Positions 36,549-45,333 of a stretch of 64,000 nt of DNA are shown one piece after another (position 1 is the stretch's first letter; every line of letters starts with the position of its first letter). This DNA comes from Candidatus Microgenomatus sp. Its GTDB lineage: Bacteria > Patescibacteriota > Microgenomatia > UBA8517. Below the pieces are notes generated by a model, which did no database searches, had not been told where the DNA came from, and was given only the letters and a program-made list of their open reading frames with translations. Position numbers and translations under genes: made by a program. The stretch lies in assembly GCA_020724585.1 (NCBI GenBank), contig DYGS01000001.1, positions 66,893 through 130,892 on the forward strand, given 5' to 3'.

Positions 36549-38017
36549 ATTCTGGGAAAAAGAGGCTTTGCAACAGCTTTGATGTTTGGTTCTTTAAACA
36601 TATTCTCAATTTTTGTTGATGTCTCTGGCATGAAAGGCTGTAAGTTGTATGCTATATGTATTACAGTTGAAATTACATCTTGTAGAAACTTGTTCAGGTC
36701 ATTACCTGTCAACTTCCAAGGCTCTTCCTTATTAATTTTTTGATCAAGTTCTGATATTTGTGTCCAAATTATTTTAAGTGCTTCATCAAATCTAAAAGTT
36801 TCAATGTTCTTGACTACATCTTTATTCCAATGTTTTAAAACATTGATATGTGATTTAAAGTTAGAATTTTCAGCCAGTTTTGCAATTCTTGAAACAAGGT
36901 TACCTAAACCATTAGCAAGGTCTGCATTATATACATCAGTTAGTTTTTCTTCAGAAAAGTCCCCGTCAGTAAAGGGGTTAAACTTTGCCAAAAAGTAATA
37001 CCTCAGCGCATCTGCTCCAAATTTATTTATTATTCCAACAGGATCAATTACATTACCCAGAGTTTTACTCATTTTTTGCCCATTAACAGTAAAGTATCCA
37101 TGTATAAATAGCTCTTTTGGTAATTCTAAATTTGCAGACATCAAAAACGCCGGCCAGTAAACGGCGTGGAATCTACTAATACCTTTACCAATAACATGAC
37201 AATCAGCTGGCCAATATTTTTTATATTTTTCACTATCCCAGTTGAAGCCAACACCTGTTTGGTATATATTCAATGCGTCAAACCAAACATATATTCGCTG
37301 TAGATTATCGTTTGGAACGGGTACGCCCCAGTTTTTGGCTCTCTCATTACTTCTTGAAATTGATATATCTTGAAGTGGCTCATTTAAAAAAGATAATATT
37401 TCGTTTTTGCGTTCAGTGGGAGTTATTTTTAGTTCATCTGATTTTATTAATTTAATTAGTGGTTCTTGATATCTTGAGAGTTTAAAAAAATAATTTTTTT
37501 CTTTTACTTCTTCAAGTTTTTTGCCAATATGTTCAAAGCACTCACCATTTTCATTTAGTTCTTCTTTTTCATAAAATGTCTCGCAACCAAGACAGTAAAG
37601 GCCAGAATATTCTTTTTCATAAATATCACCATTCTCAAAACATAACTGCCAAAGTTTTTGTGAGGAAGGGAAGTGTTTTTCTTGATCGCTTCCTTTTTGC
37701 CAAACATCAAACTTACAATTTAATTTTTCAACCAACGCTTCAAATAGTTTGTTGTTTTTGTCTACAAACTCCTGAACAGGAACGCCCGCAGTTTCTGCAG
37801 CCTGCACATTTTTCAAAGCATTTTCATCCCCACCTGAAAGTAAAACTACATCTTCTCCAAGAAGTCTGTGATATCTTGCTAAGACATCACCTTGTACAAA
37901 TTCCAAAGCATGGCCTACATGTGGAGCTGCATTTACATATGGAATCGCACAAGTAATGTAATATTTCTTGTCTGACTTGTTGCTGTAAGCTTTTTTGCCC
38001 ATGAGCCTATTATACAA
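36545..38017 (-). CDS. metG: Methionyl-tRNA synthetase.
   Basis: The HIGH region is 'YVNAAPHVGHALEFV'. KMSKS is present as 'KMSKTLGNVIDP'. The zinc knuckle is 'CLGCETF...CFEH'. Confidence 0.85.
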   Translation of the reverse strand: MYNRLMGKKAYSNKSDKKYYITCAIPYVNAAPHVGHALEFVQGDVLARYHRLLGEDVVLLSGGDENALKNVQAAETAGVPVQEFVDKNNKLFEALVEKLNCKFDVWQKGSDQEKHFPSSQKLWQLCFENGDIYEKEYSGLYCLGCETFYEKEELNENGECFEHIGKKLEEVKEKNYFFKLSRYQEPLIKLIKSDELKITPTERKNEILSFLNEPLQDISISRSNERAKNWGVPVPNDNLQRIYVWFDALNIYQTGVGFNWDSEKYKKYWPADCHVIGKGISRFHAVYWPAFLMSANLELPKELFIHGYFTVNGQKMSKTLGNVIDPVGIINKFGADALRYYFLAKFNPFTDGDFSEEKLTDVYNADLANGLGNLVSRIAKLAENSNFKSHINVLKHWNKDVVKNIETFRFDEALKIIWTQISELDQKINKEEPWKLTGNDLNKFLQDVISTVIHIAYNLQPFMPETSTKIENMFKEPNIKAVAKPLFPRI

Positions 38018-38092
38018 GTATCTGATCTATTTTTCCTAGTTTGTGTTATATCTAGTTTGTAAAAGCTTATGACAGCATATATAATATGAGTA

Positions 38093-38818
38093 ATGATCAA
38101 AAAAATTAGCACGGCGTTTCTCGTTATCGCAATACTTTTTGCTGGGGGTCTTTCATTTGTTGATGCACAAGGCAATAACTCTCCAGTCTATCTGTTTGTC
38201 AGCTCAGAAACAAAAACAATCGTTAAGGACGAACCTTTCTCTGTCGATTTACATGTAAACACAATGGGTAATAAGGTCAAAAAGATTAGTACAAGAGTTG
38301 TAATTGAAGGTAAATTCAATAGTCCTTCAGGGTTCACTTATAATAAACATCCCAACCTAAGTACATTGCCCCTGCAATCAAACATCAATCTTGTCAGTTA
38401 CACTGAGAATGAAACACCAACTAAGTTATATGTTGACGTTGTCTTTGATAGCTTTGGTCCAAAATATTTTAATGAAGGTTCCAGCGATATCTATTTATAC
38501 CAAATTAAAGGTAGAATTTCTCAGTCGAGTGATGTTTTGGCCTATATCGATCCTAGATACACAACAGTAGAGATTGACGGTGAACAAAACCCTCTAAACA
38601 TATCTACAACGATGGGTAACCCCCTAAAACTAACGGTTGACTCTACGGCTTCTGAAGAATTGAAAATAGTTTCAGAAAAGATAACCCAGGTTAGTGAAGA
38701 TGTCTCAGAGGTTAAGGATCAAGTCAACACGCAGAAGGAGCAACTGAATGTAATCCAGTCATTGCTGGAAAAAATTAGTTTGTTTTTTCAAAAAATTATT
38801 TCTAGGTTTCAAAATTAA
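38093..38818 (+). CDS. Secreted or membrane-anchored hypothetical protein.
   Basis: The N-terminal signal or anchor is 'ISTAFLVIAILFAGGLSFVDAQG'. There are no recognisable catalytic motifs. A TTGTAA-N17-TATAAT promoter sits at 38057-38085. Confidence 0.4.
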   Translation: MIKKISTAFLVIAILFAGGLSFVDAQGNNSPVYLFVSSETKTIVKDEPFSVDLHVNTMGNKVKKISTRVVIEGKFNSPSGFTYNKHPNLSTLPLQSNINLVSYTENETPTKLYVDVVFDSFGPKYFNEGSSDIYLYQIKGRISQSSDVLAYIDPRYTTVEIDGEQNPLNISTTMGNPLKLTVDSTASEELKIVSEKITQVSEDVSEVKDQVNTQKEQLNVIQSLLEKISLFFQKIISRFQN

Positions 38819-39177
38819 CTGGTAATTTTCTTTATTTTTTCACTCCAGACATTGGCCCATTCGTCAGCTTCCATTTTTTTTAAAGCCAGTTTAATTCCTT
38901 CTTTTTCAATTTGCTTTTCAAGCACCGCAATTGTTGCAGAAGAAACTTTTAGATTTGTTTTTATGTTTTCGTAACTTCTTCGCTTTTTTAAATAATAAAA
39001 AATTGCCAATCTCTTTGAATAAGTTTCTAGCTCGTTTTTATTAAAAAAGTCCGTGATAAAAGCTCTTTTTTCATCAAAGTTTTTCAAGTCGTCAAGTGTC
39101 TGGATAAAGTTTTTTAGAATAGTCTTGCCTAAATTTTGGTTAATTTTTGTTTTTGAAACGCGCATATATTTCCGCAA
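38815..39177 (-). CDS. YerC/YecD (TrpR-like) small helix-turn-helix protein.
   Basis: The 120-aa product 'LKKRRSYENIKTNLKVSSATIAVLEKQIEK' resembles the TrpR-related YerC/YecD family. Confidence 0.4.
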   Translation of the reverse strand: MRKYMRVSKTKINQNLGKTILKNFIQTLDDLKNFDEKRAFITDFFNKNELETYSKRLAIFYYLKKRRSYENIKTNLKVSSATIAVLEKQIEKEGIKLALKKMEADEWANVWSEKIKKITS

Positions 39178-39481
39178 TTATACCAAGCCCGAAAAGGAGA
39201 ATAAAGTTTAATATATTTCCTACGCCCAAAACTTTTAAAACCATAAAAATAACCAAAACTGTAGATGTAATAAACCCTTGACGCGAATTTCCAAAAATAA
39301 GTGAAAAGGTAAACAAAAGAAGGGCAAAAAGCAGTATAAAAAATAAAATAACTAAAATTCCCGAGGGTTGGGTAAAATAGACAAGTGCAAAAAGGAGCGT
39401 GGCAAGAATAAAAATAATAATCAAGGTAGGAAGAAAATTTTTTCTTTTAAGTATTATCTTTTTCCTTAATTCTTTTTGCAT
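39140..39481 (-). CDS. Small membrane protein.
   Basis: The 113-aa product has 3 TM helices. Confidence 0.3.
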   Translation of the reverse strand: MQKELRKKIILKRKNFLPTLIIIFILATLLFALVYFTQPSGILVILFFILLFALLLFTFSLIFGNSRQGFITSTVLVIFMVLKVLGVGNILNFILLFGLGIIAEIYARFKNKN

Positions 39482-39504
39482 AGTATAATCTAATTTAAGT
39501 ATAT

Positions 39505-40401
39505 ATGGAAAGTTTGCTTTTAGTAATTATATTGGCAGTTTTGATCGTTCTGGTGATTTTAATTATAAATCAGAAAAAAACATCCCCAGAGCTTCTGGAA
39601 TACCTAAAATCTACAAACATAAGACTTAATGAACAAAATAAAAATTTTAATGAAAGACTTGATAATGCCGCGAAAGTTATATCTCAAGTCCAGAAAAATA
39701 TTGGAGAATTTAGCGAAATAGGTAAAAGCATGAAGGATTTGCAGGAATTTCTAAATTCTCCAAAACTGCGTGGGAATATTGGAGAACAAGTATTAAAAGA
39801 ACTTTTAAAACAGTTTTTGCCGCATGATAGTTATAAACTTCAATATTCATTTAAAAGTGGAGAAAAAGTCGATGCTGTTGTTTTAACTTCAGGTGGTTTA
39901 ATACCAATTGATTCTAAATTTCCAATGGAAAATTTCAGAAAGCTTCAAGAAGACAAAAGTTATTTAAAAGATTTTGAAAGAGATGTTAAAAAACATGTGG
40001 ATGACATATCCAAAAAATATATAGTTGCGGATGAGGGAACGATTGATTATGCCCTGATGTATATCCCAAGTGAAGCGGTCTACTATGAAATCGTAAATAA
40101 CCAGGTGCTGTTTGATTATGCTGGAGCAAGACGAGTTTTACCTGTTTCTCCAACAACTTTTTATGCATACTTAAAAGCAATATTAATGAGTTTTGAAGGG
40201 CAAAAAATTGAAAAACAAGCAAAAGAGATACTGATCTCTTTGAGATCAGTAAAAAAAGATTTTGAAAAAACAGAAGAAAATTTAGGGGTATTGCAAAAAC
40301 ATTTAACCAATGCCTACAACATGATGAATAATGTCTTTTCCTCCTTTAACACATTGGGACAAAAAATTGACGGTACACAAAAATTAGAAAGTGGTAAATG
40401 A
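39505..40401 (+). CDS. rmuC: DNA recombination protein RmuC.
   Basis: It has an N-terminal TM, a coiled coil, and the RmuC core 'GEQVLKELLKQFLPHDSYKLQYSFKSGEKVDAVVLTSGGLIPIDSKFPMENF'. Confidence 0.65.
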   Translation: MESLLLVIILAVLIVLVILIINQKKTSPELLEYLKSTNIRLNEQNKNFNERLDNAAKVISQVQKNIGEFSEIGKSMKDLQEFLNSPKLRGNIGEQVLKELLKQFLPHDSYKLQYSFKSGEKVDAVVLTSGGLIPIDSKFPMENFRKLQEDKSYLKDFERDVKKHVDDISKKYIVADEGTIDYALMYIPSEAVYYEIVNNQVLFDYAGARRVLPVSPTTFYAYLKAILMSFEGQKIEKQAKEILISLRSVKKDFEKTEENLGVLQKHLTNAYNMMNNVFSSFNTLGQKIDGTQKLESGK

Positions 40402-40406
40402 TATAA
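40361..40406 (+). repeat. Left copy of a ~45-bp direct repeat that includes the rmuC stop codon.
   Basis: aaaaaattgacggtacacaaaaattagaaagtggtaaatgatataa matches 41266-41311 (aaaaaaatgacggtacacaaaaattggaaagtgctaaaatataa) at ~40/45 positions. Confidence 0.7.
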
Positions 40407-40600
40407 TTAAGTATGAGAAACTGGAATACTGATACTACGGCGTTTAAAAGCAAGCTCTCTAAAAGAATTTGGGAGCTGTCTCAAATGATTAATTATGGAC
40501 TTAATGGCAAAAGACTTAAACTAGTTGAAATTAAGGATAATTGGAAATTTTTAAAAAATGAGTTAGATACAAATAGGGCGAGAATGATAGAATACTTAAT

Positions 40601-41263
40601 ATGGGGAAAAACTTACTCACTCCGAAACAAAAACAGCTTTTGGGGCTTATCTCAGAAGATAAAATAATCACAAGAGATTTCTATCTAACAGGTGGTACTG
40701 CATTATCATATTTTTATTTCAAGCATCGTTTTTCTGAAGACCTTGATTTTTTTTGTCAAAAAGAGATTAGTTCAAAGGCTCTATTAACTTCAATCTCAAA
40801 AATCGGTGATTTGGTTAAACCAAAAAAGATAGAAATGCAAAGTCTAAATAAACAGGAAATATTTTATTTTTATTTTGGAAGTAAAAGCTTTGTAAAACTT
40901 GATTTTGCCCATTTCCCTTTTGACACTCTAGGTAAATTTGTGAAGTTTAACAACTTAAGTATTACATCCGTTGAAGATATCACTATAAATAAGGTTCATG
41001 CGTTAATAAATAGAAAAAGAGCAAGAGATTACTTTGATCTATGTTTATGTATGAAAAAATTAAAATGGGACGGTTATGATTTAATAAAGAATTACAGATT
41101 AAAATTTGAAATAAATCTACCTATTGAGCAGTTAGCAACAAATTTTATAAATGTACTAGATGCAGAAGATTTACCTATTTTTGTAAAAAAGGAAGACTTT
41201 AATAAAACTAGAGAGTTTTTCTTAAAAGAAGCGGACAAATTAAAGAAAGATATCATCTCATGA
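40601..41263 (+). CDS. AbiEii/AbiGii-family (DUF1814) nucleotidyltransferase, an abortive-infection toxin-like protein.
   Basis: 'YLTGGTALSYFYFKHRFSEDLDFF' is the GG-x-SEDLDF nucleotidyltransferase signature of AbiEii toxins. The gene lies inside a segment bounded by direct repeats. Confidence 0.6.
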   Translation: MGKNLLTPKQKQLLGLISEDKIITRDFYLTGGTALSYFYFKHRFSEDLDFFCQKEISSKALLTSISKIGDLVKPKKIEMQSLNKQEIFYFYFGSKSFVKLDFAHFPFDTLGKFVKFNNLSITSVEDITINKVHALINRKRARDYFDLCLCMKKLKWDGYDLIKNYRLKFEINLPIEQLATNFINVLDAEDLPIFVKKEDFNKTREFFLKEADKLKKDIIS

Positions 41264-41265
41264 AT

Positions 41266-41311
41266 CAAAAAAAATGACGGTACACAAAAATTGGAAAGTG
41301 CTAAAATATAA
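41266..41311 (+). repeat. Right copy of the ~45-bp direct repeat flanking the AbiEii-like insertion.
   Basis: See the left copy at 40361-40406. Confidence 0.7.
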
Positions 41312-41316
41312 CAAAG

Positions 41317-41643
41317 ATGGACGAATTACTTTTAGTATATACAACTTGGGAGTCAGAAGAACAGGTAAAGGAAGCTGGCAAAAAGCTTCTTGAAAGAAGA
41401 GTTTGTGGATGTGTAAATATTTATCCCAATATGACACCTATGTTTTGGTGGCCTCCTAAAGAAAATAAAATTGATGAATCTAAAGAAGTGGTCATGATTA
41501 TAAAAACCTTAAAAAGTAAATATGATGAGTTGGAAAAAGCAATTTACGGTTTAGAGATGTTGGAAGTGCCGTGTATAATCGCAATTCCGACACATAAAGT
41601 TAATAAAGATTATTTTGATTGGATAAAAGGGGAGATAATATGA
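41317..41643 (+). CDS. cutA: Divalent-cation tolerance protein CutA.
   Basis: The 108-aa product 'VCGCVNIYPNMTPMFWW...KTLKSKYDELEKAIYGLEMLEVPCIIAIP' matches the CutA1 fold. Confidence 0.7.
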   Translation: MDELLLVYTTWESEEQVKEAGKKLLERRVCGCVNIYPNMTPMFWWPPKENKIDESKEVVMIIKTLKSKYDELEKAIYGLEMLEVPCIIAIPTHKVNKDYFDWIKGEII

Positions 41644-41714
41644 AAGTAATTTTGGTTGGAAACAGATATCAAAAAATTAAAAATGATTTAGTGCTACTTC
41701 ATTATAGCAGAACC

Positions 41715-41841
41715 CAAGAAAACCCCGTGCGTTAGCCCGTGGGATGAATTGACAATTTTTAATAAAAAACTGGTTATTCTTTCTGATATGTCATCCCCCT
41801 TTACGGGATACCCCGCTCGTAAGAGCGGGGAGGATGTCATA
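41715..41841. repeat. Structured composite repeat, copy Y (inverted relative to copy X).
   Basis: It contains caagaaaaccccgtgcgttagcccgtgggatgaattga, then a 30-nt AT-rich spacer, then tatgtcatccccctttacgggata-ccccgctc-GTAA-gagcgggg-aggatgtcata. The inner hairpin is perfect and has a GNRA tetraloop. Confidence 0.6.
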
Positions 41842-41918
41842 AAGTTGTTAGGTAAAAAATTTGACACAATATAAAGTTTCTTGGTAAGGTTGTTAATATC
41901 AAGAAAGGGGGTGATTGT

Positions 41919-42440
41919 ATGTTATCAGCAGTAGTAGAAGAATTGAAAAACACCTTGGTTGCTACAATTCAAGGAACCGATGATGTTTTAACTGCACTTA
42001 GAACCGCAGTCAAAAATCAAGTGGTAGGAGTACTCAAGAACGCCTCAGATGTAGTTGAAGCCGCTGTTGTTTCCGTCCAAAGTACAGGAACATCTGTTGT
42101 TGTTGCTGCAAGAGAAGCCACCACTGCCGCAGTTAAGGCTGTTGGAGAAACAGGTGGTGATGTCTTAAAGACTGGCGCAGAAGCGGTTTCCGGTGCTGTT
42201 AAAGGTGCTGGAGATGTTGGCGCTGATGTTGGTCAGGTTGCAGTTTCTGCAGTTGAAGGGGTAGTTTCAACCCTTACAGAACTAGGTAAAGATGTAACTG
42301 AGGGAACAAGGGAAGCGTTGGTTAGTGCAGTTAAAGCCGCAGACGAATTGGGCGCAGAAGCAGGTTCATCTGTTAGAAACGCGTTATTATCAGCAGCTTC
42401 ACTTCCTAAAGATTTAGTTAATTCAGTATTAGGTAAGTGA
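41919..42440 (+). CDS. Ala/Val/Gly-rich low-complexity soluble protein (173 aa) of unknown function.
   Basis: It has a strong Shine-Dalgarno GGGGGTGA 5 nt upstream and a rho-independent terminator downstream. There is no TM or signal peptide. It contains repeated amphipathic A/V/G/T/E-rich segments. Its GC content is ~50%, well above the window average. Confidence 0.5.
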   Translation: MLSAVVEELKNTLVATIQGTDDVLTALRTAVKNQVVGVLKNASDVVEAAVVSVQSTGTSVVVAAREATTAAVKAVGETGGDVLKTGAEAVSGAVKGAGDVGADVGQVAVSAVEGVVSTLTELGKDVTEGTREALVSAVKAADELGAEAGSSVRNALLSAASLPKDLVNSVLGK

Positions 42441-42446
42441 TATAGA

Positions 42447-42492
42447 CAAAATCAAAGACGGATGGATTTTCTTTCGTCTTGATTTTGTTGGT
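42447..42492 (+). terminator. Intrinsic terminator for the 41919-42440 gene.
   Basis: The 13-bp stem caaaatcaaagacg/cgtcttgattttg closes a 14-nt loop and is followed by TTGTTGG. Confidence 0.55.
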
Positions 42493-42495
42493 TAA

Positions 42496-45333
42496 ATGTC
42501 ATATTGTGGTGATTATATTCCTCTTGTGAAAAAAAAATTAAACAAAGAGCAACTTCAGGCAATTAGACACAAAAGTGGGCCATTATTAATTATTGCAGGG
42601 GCTGGGACGGGCAAGACTACAGTTATAACAGAGCGGATTAAGTATTTAATTTCTAAAGGCTTAGCAAGACCCGAGGAAATATTGGCTCTAACTTTTACAG
42701 AAAAGGCTGCGGTTGAAATGGAAACAAGAGTCGACGAGATAATGCCTCTATCATATGGCGATATCTGGATTACAACATTCCATTCCTTTTGCGATCGTGT
42801 TTTGCGTGAATCTGGCTTACATATAGGCATACCAACAAACTACAAGCTAATGACTAAGGAAAAAAGCATTGATTTGTTTAAAAAAAACTTATTTAATTTT
42901 TCCTTAAACTATTTTAGGCCATTGGGAAATCCCAATAAGTTTATAGATTCCTTACTTACACATTTTTCAAGATTGCAGGATGAACTAATATCTTCAGTTG
43001 ACTACATCAACTGGTGCAAAAAACTTAAAAACTCAAAAACTCAAAAACTCAGTGAGGAAGAAAAGTTAGAAAAAGAAAAATGGGAGGAACTGGCAACTGT
43101 TTATAAAGAATATAACGATTTAAAACTTAAAGAAGCAAAATTTGATTTTGGAGATTTGATTATAAAGACAGTTGAATTATTTAAGATAAGACCCAATGTT
43201 CTAAATCTGTATCAAAAAAAGTTTAAGTATGTTTTAGTAGACGAGTTTCAAGATACAAACTTTGGCCAAAACGAGTTGGTCACTTTACTTGTTCAGAAAT
43301 CTAAAAATATCACGGTAGTCGGGGATGATAATCAGTCAATTTACCGCTTTAGAGGTGCAGCAATCAGTAATATCCTACAGTTTACTAAAGTCTATCCCGA
43401 GGCCAAACTAATCACACTATATAAAAACTATAGATCAACACAGAGAATATTGGATAGTGCCTACAAACTTATAAAACATAATGATCCCGATACTTTGGAG
43501 GCAAGACTAGGAATAAATAAAAAGTTAAAAGCTGTAAGCCGTAAGGTCTCTGGTATAGAGAATCTATCTTTTCAGACCGGTGAGGGAGAAGCAGAATATG
43601 TTAGTAATAAAATAACTGAGTTAGTTAAAAAATACAAATATAACTACTTTGATTTTGCGGTACTAGTTCGCGCCAATAACCATGCAGACAGTTTTATAAG
43701 AGAATTTGAAAGAAAGGGGATCTCTCATCAATTTCTAGGGCCCAGTAAATTATTTGAAAAAGAAGAAATAGTTGATCTAATTTCTTACTTGAAAAGTTTA
43801 TATGATCCCGAAGATAACGAAAGTTTTTATAGACTAATTTCCTCCAAATTTTTAAAAATTGATCCTTTGAAACTTATAAAAATTGCAGGAGAGGCAAAAA
43901 GAAAAAGCACCTCGATTTATGAACTTTTCAAAGAAAATGCATTACATAAAAAACTACTGGAGATTTTTGATAGACACCTGCTAACTTTACACAATAAAGG
44001 GGCGGGTGAGATTTTATATGAATATTTGGTTGAAATGGGTATCTATGAAATCATTTTGATAAAAGAAGAAGACATAAAAGCTAAAAATATCTCTAACTTT
44101 TTTCAGAAGGTAAAAACTTTTGAAAATGAAAACCCAAAGGCAAAGCTCCGCGAGGTTGTTGATTATATTAATTTACTTAATGAAGTTGGGGAATCCCCAA
44201 GTGTTAATGATAGCCCTTGGCTGGAAAATAATGCGGTAAATGTATTAACGATACATTCAAGTAAAGGGCTTGAATTCCCCGTTGTCTTCATGGTCAATCT
44301 CGTTTCAGACAGATTTCCTAGCAGAAATAGAAACGATGATATTCCAATCCCCGATGAGTTAATAAAAGAAGAATTGCCAGTGGGGGATTTTCATCTACAG
44401 GAAGAAAGAAGGCTTTTTTATGTTGGCATGACAAGGGCAAAGGAAAGACTTTATTTAACAGCCGCGGATTATTACGGAGATGGAGTAAGACAGAAAAAAA
44501 TAAGTCCGTTCGTTACAGAAGCTCTTGGAGAAACAGCTATAAGTCATATGCCATATGCTATAAGCAAGAACAACTTAGAGGTGAATAAACCACCCATAAA
44601 GCCTAAAGCATATAGCATAAAGCCAAAGATAGAATATCTTTCTGTAAGTCAAATTGAAACATTTGAAACTTGTCCGCTTCATTACAAACTAAAATATATA
44701 TATAATCTTCCAACACCAAAAACAGCCTCTATTTCGTTTGGAATATCAATACATGAAACATTAAGGGAATTTTACAAGAATGACGGAAACCTCTTAGAAA
44801 TTTTTCATAAATATTTTATGAGTGAAGGTTACGAAAACAAAAAACATAAAGAATTATTTTTTAATAAAGGCAAAGAATATTTATTGGGGTTTTTAAAAAA
44901 TGGATATGATCCAAAAATCAAAACCATTGAGCTTGAAAAAAAGTTTACAATCAAACTAACTGATGATTTGAAAATAGGCGGAACTATTGACAGGATTGAT
45001 CAAATATCAAAAGGGAATTATGAAATAATAGACTACAAAACTGGGGCTAATATTCCTACACAAAAAGAGGTGGATAAAGATTTGCAGTTGTCAGTTTATT
45101 GTATGGCCGTTAGTAAATTGTATGATGTAGATCCAGAAAACATAAAACTGTCGTTATATTATCTGGATACTCAGGAAAAACTGACTACCTATAGATCAGA
45201 AGAACAACTCATGGAGGTTAAAGAAAAAATATTGGAAATTAGAAAAGAAATAGAAAACAGCGACTTTAAATGCAACAATTCATATTTTTGTCAAAAGGGT
45301 TGTGAGTTTAAAATGTTTTGTGGTAAAGACTAA
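42496..45333 (+). CDS. UvrD/PcrA-type superfamily 1 helicase fused to a C-terminal RecB/Cas4-like PD-(D/E)xK nuclease with a 4-Cys cluster.
   Basis: Helicase motif I is 'LLIIAGAGTGKTTV' and motif II is 'VLVDEFQDTN'. The C-terminal nuclease motifs are 'IGGTIDRID...YEIIDYKTG' and 'QLSVYCMA', with Cys residues in 'ETCPLHY' and 'CNNSYFCQKGCEFKMFC'. Confidence 0.75.
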   Translation: MSYCGDYIPLVKKKLNKEQLQAIRHKSGPLLIIAGAGTGKTTVITERIKYLISKGLARPEEILALTFTEKAAVEMETRVDEIMPLSYGDIWITTFHSFCDRVLRESGLHIGIPTNYKLMTKEKSIDLFKKNLFNFSLNYFRPLGNPNKFIDSLLTHFSRLQDELISSVDYINWCKKLKNSKTQKLSEEEKLEKEKWEELATVYKEYNDLKLKEAKFDFGDLIIKTVELFKIRPNVLNLYQKKFKYVLVDEFQDTNFGQNELVTLLVQKSKNITVVGDDNQSIYRFRGAAISNILQFTKVYPEAKLITLYKNYRSTQRILDSAYKLIKHNDPDTLEARLGINKKLKAVSRKVSGIENLSFQTGEGEAEYVSNKITELVKKYKYNYFDFAVLVRANNHADSFIREFERKGISHQFLGPSKLFEKEEIVDLISYLKSLYDPEDNESFYRLISSKFLKIDPLKLIKIAGEAKRKSTSIYELFKENALHKKLLEIFDRHLLTLHNKGAGEILYEYLVEMGIYEIILIKEEDIKAKNISNFFQKVKTFENENPKAKLREVVDYINLLNEVGESPSVNDSPWLENNAVNVLTIHSSKGLEFPVVFMVNLVSDRFPSRNRNDDIPIPDELIKEELPVGDFHLQEERRLFYVGMTRAKERLYLTAADYYGDGVRQKKISPFVTEALGETAISHMPYAISKNNLEVNKPPIKPKAYSIKPKIEYLSVSQIETFETCPLHYKLKYIYNLPTPKTASISFGISIHETLREFYKNDGNLLEIFHKYFMSEGYENKKHKELFFNKGKEYLLGFLKNGYDPKIKTIELEKKFTIKLTDDLKIGGTIDRIDQISKGNYEIIDYKTGANIPTQKEVDKDLQLSVYCMAVSKLYDVDPENIKLSLYYLDTQEKLTTYRSEEQLMEVKEKILEIRKEIENSDFKCNNSYFCQKGCEFKMFCGKD

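Noticed and set aside
40413-40667. 84-aa ORF upstream of and overlapping the AbiEii-like gene.
   Set aside because: It has no recognisable antitoxin or HTH features. It overlaps the AbiEii ORF start by 67 nt in another frame. It may be spurious or a frameshifted 5' extension, and it is not reported as a CDS.
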